A stretch of 64,000 nucleotides of DNA from an uncultured Aliarcobacter sp. Lineage in GTDB: Bacteria > Campylobacterota > Campylobacteria > Campylobacterales > Arcobacteraceae. The notes beneath the pieces are model-generated. The model saw only the letters and a program-made list of their open reading frames with translations. It was not told the DNA's origin and did not search any database. The stretch spans positions 1,152,001 through 1,216,000 of the forward strand of contig CAXXLV010000002.1 of the NCBI GenBank assembly GCA_963664305.2, written 5' to 3'. A program made the translations under genes and the position numbers. This document shows, piece by piece, positions 54,179 to 61,983 of this stretch (the first letter of the stretch is position 1; every line of letters starts with the position of its first letter).

Positions 54179-54236
54179 GAAAATCCTTTTTATTTTTTTT
54201 GATTATATTTATCAAAGACTTAAAAAACATTTAAAA

Positions 54237-54251
54237 TGATAATTACAATCA
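54237..54251. promoter_or_regulatory. Fur-box-like site
   Basis: TGATAAT-T-ACAATCA. Confidence 0.5.
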
Positions 54252-54305
54252 ATATTCTTTTAAGAATTTTAATGATAAAGTTCTATTTAATAAAAGGAGT
54301 TTAAT

Positions 54306-54455
54306 ATGAAAAACTTAATTGATATAGATAATGAGTATATTTCTAATTCATCTTTATATAAAACAAATGTAAAAATTCACAAAAACTTATGGAAATTTTA
54401 TGGTTTAGCACTTAGCTTTAGTATAATATTTATTTTAATTAAAGGTATAAATTAA
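54306..54455 (+). CDS. Small 49 aa protein with C-terminal TM helix
   Basis: AAAGGAG RBS; MKNLIDID...LWKFYGLALSFSIIFILIKGIN; stop overlaps next ATG (TAATG). Confidence 0.6.
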   Translation: MKNLIDIDNEYISNSSLYKTNVKIHKNLWKFYGLALSFSIIFILIKGIN

Positions 54456-54904
54456 TGGAACCAAATCAAGATGTAGCATTTAATATATTTTTAAAAAATT
54501 TCAAAAAACAAGTTTCAAAAATTGGATTAAAAAATTCAATTCAAAAAGATTATATTTTAAAAGTTTTATATTTTTCAAAAAAACATCTAACAGCTGAAGA
54601 TATTTCAAATGAAATTAAAACTATTTATAATGTATCAATAGGTATTGCAACAGTATATAGAGCTATGAAATTTTTTCATGATATGAAACTTGTAAATCAA
54701 CTTGATATTGGAGATGGTATTTTAAGATATGAACTTAATTTATCTGACCATCATGACCATTTAATTTGTACTTCTTGTGGAACTATTATTGAATTTAATG
54801 ATGACTTAATTGAATTAAATCAAATTAAAATTGCTAGTAAAAATAATTTCATTTTAAAAGAACATGTAATGACAATATATGGACTTTGTGAAAACTGCCA
54901 ATAA
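54455..54904 (+). CDS. Fur family transcriptional regulator
   Basis: HLTAEDI, IGIATVYR, HHDHLICTSCG.IIEF, YGLCENC. Confidence 0.92.
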   Translation: MEPNQDVAFNIFLKNFKKQVSKIGLKNSIQKDYILKVLYFSKKHLTAEDISNEIKTIYNVSIGIATVYRAMKFFHDMKLVNQLDIGDGILRYELNLSDHHDHLICTSCGTIIEFNDDLIELNQIKIASKNNFILKEHVMTIYGLCENCQ

Positions 54905-54909
54905 TCCCT

Positions 54910-54924
54910 TGATAATAATTATTA
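54910..54924. promoter_or_regulatory. Fur-box-like site upstream of the fez-like operon
   Basis: TGATAAT-A-ATTATTA. Confidence 0.65.
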
Positions 54925-54984
54925 GTTTATAATAAGTTTAATTTAATAATTAAAAAGAAAAAATACATCTTAGAAAGGATTATT

Positions 54985-55299
54985 TTGATAGATACAGATG
55001 ATATAATAAAAATAGCTAGTTATTTTTCTATTATTGCTCACACTCCTGGAAGATTAAGAGTTAGAGTTAATCCCAAAATAACGCAAAATGCTGGAAATAT
55101 TACCCTAAGTGATATTGAAGATTTACCAAAAAAAATTGATGGAATAATTAATATAAAAATAAATAAAATTATTGCATCAGTTACAATTATTTATGACCCA
55201 AAAATTTTTAAACCAAAACTTTGGGAAGATTTGATTAAAAATGAGAATTTGGAAGAGTTATCAGTACTAATAAATGAACTTGCTAAGGAGGTAATTTAA
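54985..55299 (+). CDS. HMA2-like domain protein (FezC-like N-terminal domain)
   Basis: HTPGRLRVR, GI..IKINK...SVTIIYDP; no CxxC. Confidence 0.75.
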   Translation: MIDTDDIIKIASYFSIIAHTPGRLRVRVNPKITQNAGNITLSDIEDLPKKIDGIINIKINKIIASVTIIYDPKIFKPKLWEDLIKNENLEELSVLINELAKEVI

Positions 55300-55982
55300 T
55301 GGTAGAAAATTTTGATGAACAATTACTAATCAATGCAAGAGTTGATATAAATAGTGATATTCCTATACAAACTCAAATTCTAAGAATTGCAGTTTATGAT
55401 GAGTTCAAAGCTTATGAAACATATACAAAAATCATCGAAAAATTTGGATTTGTTCAACCTTTTGTAAACATCAAAGAGGCTGAAGCTATTCACTACTCTG
55501 CTCTAATTCAACTCATGCAAAAATATAACATTGAAGTTCCAATCAATAATTGGTCTTCAAAAATTGAAATTCCAAATACATTAATTGAGTGTTGTGAAAT
55601 GGGTGTAGCAGGTGAAATTGAAAACATTTCCATGTATAACAATTTATTAAGTTATGCTACTGATGCAGATGTTAAAGATGTACTTTTTAGATTGCAAGCA
55701 GCTTCATACAACAATCATTTACCTACATTTAGGAATTGTGTATTAAACCATTATAGTAATGGAAATACACCAACTATATCTCAAGACAATATCATGGAAA
55801 AAATTGGAGAATATCAAGTTATCTTAGATGATATAATGTCTGGAAATATTGATGAAAATTCAATATCTAATATCTTTTCAAAATTAAATCTGTCTATGGT
55901 TAGTGGTGCTGTTTTAGGAGGTGCAATTATTGCTCTTTTAAACAACTATATTTCAAAAAAAGAGATTAAAGAAGAGGAGTAA
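55299..55982 (+). CDS. Ferritin-like protein (DUF2202-like) with C-terminal GxxxG membrane helix
   Basis: DEFKAYETY, EAEAIH, GEIENISMY, ASYNNHL; tail SGAVLGGAIIALL. Confidence 0.75.
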   Translation: MVENFDEQLLINARVDINSDIPIQTQILRIAVYDEFKAYETYTKIIEKFGFVQPFVNIKEAEAIHYSALIQLMQKYNIEVPINNWSSKIEIPNTLIECCEMGVAGEIENISMYNNLLSYATDADVKDVLFRLQAASYNNHLPTFRNCVLNHYSNGNTPTISQDNIMEKIGEYQVILDDIMSGNIDENSISNIFSKLNLSMVSGAVLGGAIIALLNNYISKKEIKEEE

Positions 55983-55985
55983 AAG

Positions 55986-56255
55986 ATGGCTTTACCATTT
56001 ATTTTAGGGTTAGCAGTAGGTGCTGGTGCTATGTTCGCTTTTAGTAATAAAGATAAATTAAAAGATAAATCTTCAAAATTATTTGAAAAAACAAAAGATG
56101 GTGTTGAAGAAATAAAAGATAAATTTTGCGCAACAAAAGAGTGCATTGAAGAAAAAATAGAAAAAAAAACTACCAAAAAAGTTGATAAAGTTCAAGAAGA
56201 AAAACCAAAAACAAGAAAATATCAAAAAAAAGTAAAAACTGAGGAAGAAGCGTGA
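55986..56255 (+). CDS. Small GxxxG membrane protein with charged tail
   Basis: MALPFILGLAVGAGAM then K/E-rich region; GAGGAG RBS. Confidence 0.75.
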   Translation: MALPFILGLAVGAGAMFAFSNKDKLKDKSSKLFEKTKDGVEEIKDKFCATKECIEEKIEKKTTKKVDKVQEEKPKTRKYQKKVKTEEEA

Positions 56256-56623
56256 AAGAGATAAAAGATCTAACAATTGATACAGGAACTCCTAGAAATG
56301 TTCTTGGACATGTAATTAGTGGTGCAGTTGCAAGTGCTGTAATTAGTGGTGCAATTAATTATAAAAAAACTCAAGCTAGACAAATTACAAAAAAAGAAGC
56401 TATTAAAGATACTATCAAAAGAACTTCACAAGGAGCAATTGCTACAGGAAGTGCAATTGCAACTGCAAATTATTTAGGTCAAAAAGGTGGTTTATTAAAA
56501 GCTTTAACTGCTGCATCAATTGGAATGATGGGAATATATGCAATTGAAGTAATAGAAGAAAAACTTGACCAAAAATATTTAACAAACCAAAATATTCCTA
56601 TTGAGGGGGAAGATTATGAATAA
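56252..56623 (+). CDS. Small Gly/Ala-zipper membrane protein
   Basis: SGAVASAVISG, GAIATGSAIA, ASIGMMG; GTGA overlap with upstream gene. Confidence 0.7.
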   Translation: MKEIKDLTIDTGTPRNVLGHVISGAVASAVISGAINYKKTQARQITKKEAIKDTIKRTSQGAIATGSAIATANYLGQKGGLLKALTAASIGMMGIYAIEVIEEKLDQKYLTNQNIPIEGEDYE

Positions 56624-56966
56624 TCAAACAAATCAATATGATTTAAATATTGAAAGTACAAGAAATCAAAATCTTCAAACAGGTGCAAATATTAATCAGA
56701 ATCCATACATTAATCAAAATGTAAATTCTTTACAAACTCCTGTTCAAAACCAAGTAACTTCTCAAAATGGTTTTTTAAATAATGATTTTGTAAAAGGTGC
56801 ACTTTTAGGAGCTGCTGTTACTTATCTTCTTACAAATAAAAATGCACAAGATACTATTTTCAAAGCTTTTGGAAAAGGAAGTGAACTTTTTAGTGCTGGA
56901 ATTGAAGAGTTAAAAGAGAGATACGAAGATATGAAAGCTCAAATGCAAGCGCAACAAGAACAATAA
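56616..56966 (+). CDS. GxxxG membrane protein with N/Q-rich N-terminus (FezA-like)
   Basis: FVKGALLGAAVTYLL, EELKERYEDMKA; immediately upstream of the ATPase. Confidence 0.72.
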   Translation: MNNQTNQYDLNIESTRNQNLQTGANINQNPYINQNVNSLQTPVQNQVTSQNGFLNNDFVKGALLGAAVTYLLTNKNAQDTIFKAFGKGSELFSAGIEELKERYEDMKAQMQAQQEQ

Positions 56967-56969
56967 AAA

Positions 56970-59078
56970 ATGAAAAATAAATTTGTAAAAGTACATCAAA
57001 CTGCTTTTAGAGTTAGATACAAACTTTTTTTATTAAAAGAAAAATTTATTGATGAAGAAATATTAAAAAATTACTTCAGAAAAATAAAAGAGATAGAAGA
57101 TGTAAGAATTAATAAAAAAGCTTGCAGTATTATATTTCAATTAAAAAGTGATATAACAGAAAAAATTGAAAAGATTTTAAATAATCTTTCAATTGAAGAG
57201 TTACTTAAATCTTGTGAAGAAGAAGTAGCTGCTGTTTGTGTTTCGTGTTCAAGCAGTGAAGAACCCTCTTTAAAAGGTATTGTAAGAGCTAGTTCAGCTT
57301 TAATTGCTGAAAGATTTATCACAAATAATGCTTTAAAAGCAACTTTAACAACAACTGCATCTATTCCATTATTGGTTGAAGGTTCAAAGGAGTTATTCAA
57401 AGAAGGATTAACTTCTAAAGTTTTAGAAAGTGCTGCTGTTGCTATTTCAATTTATAGAAAAGATTATTTAGCTGCAAACTCAACAAATGCTATGCTTGAA
57501 CTTGGTGAATATATAGAAGAGACAACTGTTCATAAAAGTGATGATTTATTAAAAGAACTTTCTAAACCAAATGTTGAAGAAGCTTGGGTAGAAAAAAATA
57601 TTGATGGAAAAATTACTGAAATATTAGTAAAAAGCTCAAATATTCAAATTGGAGATATTGTAGTTGTAGGAATTGGAAATACTATTCCTGTTGATGGACA
57701 TATTGTTGAGGGAACAGGAACTATAAATCAAGTTTCTATGACAGGAGAAGCACAACCTGTTATAAAATATAGAGGTGATAGGGTAATTTCTGGAACTATC
57801 GTTGAAGAAGGTAGATTTAGAATTTGGGCTGAACATGTAGGAGCTGACACGGCAACACAAAGAATCAAACACTATATTGAAAATTCATTAAACGAGAAAT
57901 CATCTGTTCAACTAAAAGCAAATAAATTAGCAAATAAATTGGTTCCTGTTACACTTGGGCTTGCTACAGCTTCATATATTTTTACAAAAGATATTGAAAG
58001 AGTTGCTTCAATTTTACAAGCTGATTACTCATGTGCATTAAAACTTGCAACTCCTGTTGCCTTTAAATCAACTATTTCAAAAGCTGGTCATAATGGAATT
58101 ATGATTAAAGGTGCAAAATCAATTGAAGCCTTAAATAGTGCAGATACTTTTGTATTTGATAAGACAGGAACATTAACAGCAGGGGAACTTGAAGTTATAA
58201 GTGTTGAATCTTATGATGAGAAATGGACAGAAGAAGAGTTATTAAATCTTACAGCTTCTACAGAAGAACACTATTTTCATCCAGTAGCTGAAGCTGTTGT
58301 AAAAGCTGCAAAACAAAGAGGTTTTGTGCATATGCACCATGAAGAAGTAGAATTTATCGTTGCACATGGTGTAAAAACTGAAGTAAATGGTAAATCTGTA
58401 ATCATTGGAAGTCGTCATTTTTTAGAAGATGATGAAAAGATTGACTTCGGTGAACATAAAGAAAAAATTGAAAATTCTTTAAAAAATGGAAAAACTCTTC
58501 TTTATGTTGGTTATGATGGAAAACTTTTAGGAACAATTGGTTTAAGTGATGAATTAAGATCAAATGCAAAAGAATCAATAACTAAACTAAAAAAACTAGG
58601 TGTAAAAAATATCATAATGCTTACTGGTGATACAAAAGAAAAAGCATTAAAAATTGCCAATGAATTAGGTATTGATGAAGTAAGAGCAGAACTTTTACCG
58701 CAAGATAAAGCAAATATTGTAAAAGAATTGATGGATGAGGGCAAAAAAGTTGCCTTTGTTGGTGATGGTATAAATGATGCGCCTGCTTTAATATCTGCAC
58801 ATGTTGGAATTTCTATGAGTAGAGGTGCTGATATTGCAAAAGCAACAGCAGATATATCTTTACTTAAAGATGATATTGCAGCTGTTGTTGAAGTAAAAGA
58901 GTATGCAAATAAAACTATGAATTTAATAAACAATAACTTTAATGCAACTGTTGGAATAAATTCTTGTATATTAGCTGGTGCAACATTTGGAGTATTTTCA
59001 CCAATTGTAACAGCAGTTTTACATAATGGTACAACTATTGGATTATTGTTCAATTCAATAAAAGGTGTAAAAATCTAA
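56970..59078 (+). CDS. Heavy-metal P1B-type ATPase, P1B-6/FezB-like
   Basis: TGE, DYSCALKLATP, DKTGT, HP, GDGINDAPAL, LHNGTT; R-rich N-terminus FRVRY. Confidence 0.9.
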   Translation: MKNKFVKVHQTAFRVRYKLFLLKEKFIDEEILKNYFRKIKEIEDVRINKKACSIIFQLKSDITEKIEKILNNLSIEELLKSCEEEVAAVCVSCSSSEEPSLKGIVRASSALIAERFITNNALKATLTTTASIPLLVEGSKELFKEGLTSKVLESAAVAISIYRKDYLAANSTNAMLELGEYIEETTVHKSDDLLKELSKPNVEEAWVEKNIDGKITEILVKSSNIQIGDIVVVGIGNTIPVDGHIVEGTGTINQVSMTGEAQPVIKYRGDRVISGTIVEEGRFRIWAEHVGADTATQRIKHYIENSLNEKSSVQLKANKLANKLVPVTLGLATASYIFTKDIERVASILQADYSCALKLATPVAFKSTISKAGHNGIMIKGAKSIEALNSADTFVFDKTGTLTAGELEVISVESYDEKWTEEELLNLTASTEEHYFHPVAEAVVKAAKQRGFVHMHHEEVEFIVAHGVKTEVNGKSVIIGSRHFLEDDEKIDFGEHKEKIENSLKNGKTLLYVGYDGKLLGTIGLSDELRSNAKESITKLKKLGVKNIIMLTGDTKEKALKIANELGIDEVRAELLPQDKANIVKELMDEGKKVAFVGDGINDAPALISAHVGISMSRGADIAKATADISLLKDDIAAVVEVKEYANKTMNLINNNFNATVGINSCILAGATFGVFSPIVTAVLHNGTTIGLLFNSIKGVKI

Positions 59079-59083
59079 CTTTA

Positions 59084-59143
59084 TGATAATAGTTATCAGT
59101 TTTATTTAAGTTTATACAGATAGAATTATGATAATTATTATCA
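59084..59143. promoter_or_regulatory. Two Fur-box-like sites
   Basis: TGATAAT-A-GTTATCA (59084-59098) and perfect TGATAAT-T-ATTATCA (59129-59143). Confidence 0.75.
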
Positions 59144-59154
59144 AAAGGATTTTT

Positions 59155-59271
59155 ATGCCAATATTATTGATTGCAACAGCTTTCACAGCAATTTTAACTG
59201 TTAAAACTGTAAATAAAACTGTAAAAACAATGGAAAAAAGAAGAAAAAGGAAAATAAATGATGAAATTTGA
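59155..59271 (+). CDS. Small 38 aa protein, hydrophobic N-terminus and basic tail
   Basis: AAAGGA RBS; MPILLIATAFTAILTVKTVNKTVKTMEKRRKRKINDEI. Confidence 0.55.
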   Translation: MPILLIATAFTAILTVKTVNKTVKTMEKRRKRKINDEI

Positions 59272-59491
59272 TTTAGAATTACAAAGAGAAGCTGCAAAAA
59301 TTGGTATGACAGCAACACTTGGTGCAACTGTTGTGACGTCAATGTTTATGAAAAATTCTATCGCAAAAAAAACTCATGTTGTTGCAGGTGTTGCATTTTG
59401 TGGATTTGCTTTATGGCACCATATGCTTTATCAACCTAAAAAATCTAAACAAGAAAAATTAATAAAAAAAGTAAAAACAGAAATTGAATAA
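59258..59491 (+). CDS. Small two-TM protein with His residues flanking the second helix
   Basis: AKIGMTATLG, THVVAGVAFCGFALWHH. Confidence 0.7.
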   Translation: MMKFDLELQREAAKIGMTATLGATVVTSMFMKNSIAKKTHVVAGVAFCGFALWHHMLYQPKKSKQEKLIKKVKTEIE

Positions 59492-59524
59492 CTAATTTAT
59501 TTTTGATTAAGATTCTTTATATTA

Positions 59525-59539
59525 TGATAACGATTATCA
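59525..59539. promoter_or_regulatory. Fur-box-like site
   Basis: TGATAAC-G-ATTATCA. Confidence 0.7.
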
Positions 59540-59557
59540 TTTTTATAAAGGATTTAA

Positions 59558-60046
59558 ATGTCTAATAATCATCTTCTTCAAAAAAATCTAAATGAACTAA
59601 TTGTAACAAATATTTTTTCATCACTTGTTAGTGGAGAAAAATGGAAAATGTTAATTACTATGTTTGAACTAAAAATACTAGATATAAATGCTAAAGATTC
59701 TAGAGGTAGAAATGCTTTGTATTGGGCAATTTTAAAAAATAAAACAGATATTATAAAAAAACTACTTGAACTTGGAATTTGTACAAAAGTATCTCCAAAT
59801 TTTTCAGCAATAAATTTTGCAGTTTATTTAGACAATATCAAAGTAATCAGATGTTTAAAAAATTGTGGAATAGATATAAATGAAATTGATGATATTAACT
59901 CTACTCCTTTAATTTATGCAATTTTATATAACAAATACAATAGTATCAAATATCTTATAGAAAATGGTGCAAATGTTGAACATGAAGATTTTTTAGGAAA
60001 TAGTGCAAAAAGTTTAGCAAAAAATTTAAAAATAGAAATCTTTTAA
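59558..60046 (+). CDS. Ankyrin repeat protein
   Basis: DINAKDSRGRNALYWA, STPLIYA, LIENGANV. Confidence 0.88.
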   Translation: MSNNHLLQKNLNELIVTNIFSSLVSGEKWKMLITMFELKILDINAKDSRGRNALYWAILKNKTDIIKKLLELGICTKVSPNFSAINFAVYLDNIKVIRCLKNCGIDINEIDDINSTPLIYAILYNKYNSIKYLIENGANVEHEDFLGNSAKSLAKNLKIEIF

Positions 60047-60058
60047 AGATTTCTATTT
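60030..60058. terminator. Hairpin between convergent genes
   Basis: AAATAGAAATCTTT-T-AAAGATTTCTATTT. Confidence 0.55.
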
Positions 60059-60061
60059 CAA

Positions 60062-61273
60062 TTATTCATATCTTAAAGCATCAATTGGATTAAGACGTGC
60101 TGCTTTTCGTGCTGGGAAATATCCGAATACAACTCCAATTAGTGTTGAGAAAAAGAATGAAATCATTATGATTTGATTATTAATTATAAATGGTAAATCC
60201 ATTGAATGAACAACTAAATAACCAATTCCAATTCCAATGAAAATTCCTATTATTCCTCCAAAAGTTGATAAAACAACAGCTTCAACTAAAAATTGTAATA
60301 ATACTTCGCTCTCCATTGCCCCAATTGCAAGTCTAGTTCCTATTTCTCTAGTTCTTTCTGTTACAGAAACTAACATGATATTCATAATACCAATTCCACC
60401 AACTAATAAAGAAATTCCTGCAATTGAACCTAAAAGATAAGTAAGCATTTTTGTTGTTGAAGTCATTGTAGAAAGTAAATCTTCCATATCACGTATGTGA
60501 AAGTTATCTGCTTCCCCTATTTTTATTGCTCTTCTTTCTTGCATCAATAAAGTTATATCAGTTTTAGCATTTTCGATATATTTTCCTTCTGTTATAGAAA
60601 TCAAAACAGAAGAGATATCTTTATCCCCTTTTATTTTTCTTTGATACATTTTAAGTGGAACTATTACTATTTCATCTTGGTCATTACCAAAAGCTGCTGC
60701 ACCTTTAGATTTTAAAACTCCAATAACATTACAAGATATATTTTTTAATCTAATATTCGTTCCAATTGGATTTTCACCATCAAATAATTGTTTTATAATT
60801 GTTGTTCCAATAATACAAGATGATTTTCCACTATTTAATTCACTTTCATCAAAACTTCTACCATCTGTTAATTCCCAATCTTTTATAATAAAGTAATCAT
60901 TTGATGTACCAATCACAGATGAACTTGTACTTTTATTTCCATAAACAATATTCATTTTTGTTGAATTCTCAGCTGCAACTGCTTTTATATTTTGTATATC
61001 ATTTTTAATTGCAAAAATATCCTCTTCTGTAAATGGTTTTGCACTATTGTCATCTCTTGGAGCTCCTCGTCTTTCTTGTCCAACTCTTAGAGTTAACATG
61101 TTTGTCCCAAGTTTAGAAATACTCTGTTTTACATTTGCAGTTGTTCCATCTCCAATCATAACCATAGCAATTACAGAAGCAACTCCTATTACAATTCCAA
61201 GAATAGTAAGAAATGACCTTAAAAGATTTCTTCTTATCTCTTTTAATGCGATTAATAAGGCATTTAATAACAT
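60062..61273 (-). CDS. MacB-type ABC transporter permease
   Basis: RSFLTILGIVIGV, GGIGIMNIMLVSVTERTREIG, PARKAARLNPIDALRYE. Confidence 0.93.
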   Translation of the reverse strand: MLLNALLIALKEIRRNLLRSFLTILGIVIGVASVIAMVMIGDGTTANVKQSISKLGTNMLTLRVGQERRGAPRDDNSAKPFTEEDIFAIKNDIQNIKAVAAENSTKMNIVYGNKSTSSSVIGTSNDYFIIKDWELTDGRSFDESELNSGKSSCIIGTTIIKQLFDGENPIGTNIRLKNISCNVIGVLKSKGAAAFGNDQDEIVIVPLKMYQRKIKGDKDISSVLISITEGKYIENAKTDITLLMQERRAIKIGEADNFHIRDMEDLLSTMTSTTKMLTYLLGSIAGISLLVGGIGIMNIMLVSVTERTREIGTRLAIGAMESEVLLQFLVEAVVLSTFGGIIGIFIGIGIGYLVVHSMDLPFIINNQIIMISFFFSTLIGVVFGYFPARKAARLNPIDALRYE

Positions 61274-61983
61274 TATTTATATCCTTTCTTCAAACTATCA
61301 TCAATATGTCCATCTCTAAAATAAATAATTCTATTTGCATATTTAGCCATCTCTTCTTCATGAGTAACCATAATAATAGTAATTCCAGATTCTTCGTTTA
61401 GTTGTTTTAGTAAATTCATTATTTCAATACTTTTTATACTATCAAGATTTCCTGTTGGTTCATCTGCAAGTAAAACTAAAGGATTTGTTACAATTGCACG
61501 TGCTATTGCAACACGTTGTTGTTGTCCACCACTTAGTTCTGCTGGTGTGTTATTAACTACACTTTCAAGTCCTACTTTTTTTAAAGCTTCTAAAGCTAAA
61601 GTTTTTCTCTCTTTTGATGGAATTTTTCTATAAATTAAAGGCAACTCAACATTTTCTAAAGCAGAAGTTCTTCCTAAAAGATTAAATCCTTGAAAAACAA
61701 ATCCCAAATAATTTCTTCTTAAAATAGCCATTTGGTTTCTATTTAATTTTTCTACATTTATTCCATTAAACAAATACTCTCCGCTACTTGGTTTATCTAA
61801 ACATCCTATCATATTCATTGAAGTTGATTTTCCACTTCCACTTGCACCCATAATTGCTATAAATTCACCTTTATTTATAGTAAGACTAACACCATTTAAA
61901 GCAAATGTTTTAGCTTCACCTAATCCATAGGTTTTAACTATATTTTTAAACTCAATAATGGCTTTATTTGTTTCCATTTTCAC
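61273..61983 (-). CDS. MacB/LolD-type ABC ATP-binding protein
   Basis: [29 protein letters not shown]. Confidence 0.94.
   Translation of the reverse strand: MKMETNKAIIEFKNIVKTYGLGEAKTFALNGVSLTINKGEFIAIMGASGSGKSTSMNMIGCLDKPSSGEYLFNGINVEKLNRNQMAILRRNYLGFVFQGFNLLGRTSALENVELPLIYRKIPSKERKTLALEALKKVGLESVVNNTPAELSGGQQQRVAIARAIVTNPLVLLADEPTGNLDSIKSIEIMNLLKQLNEESGITIIMVTHEEEMAKYANRIIYFRDGHIDDSLKKGYK

Noticed and set aside
56252..56623. Superficial resemblance to magnetosome membrane proteins such as MamC
   Set aside because: No mamAB-type genes in the window; the Gly/Ala-rich helices are better explained by the fez-like context
58511..59342. Minus-strand ORFs of 180 aa and 76 aa
   Set aside because: Antisense to the ATPase and the Fur-boxed small genes; composition reflects the reverse-complement codon pattern
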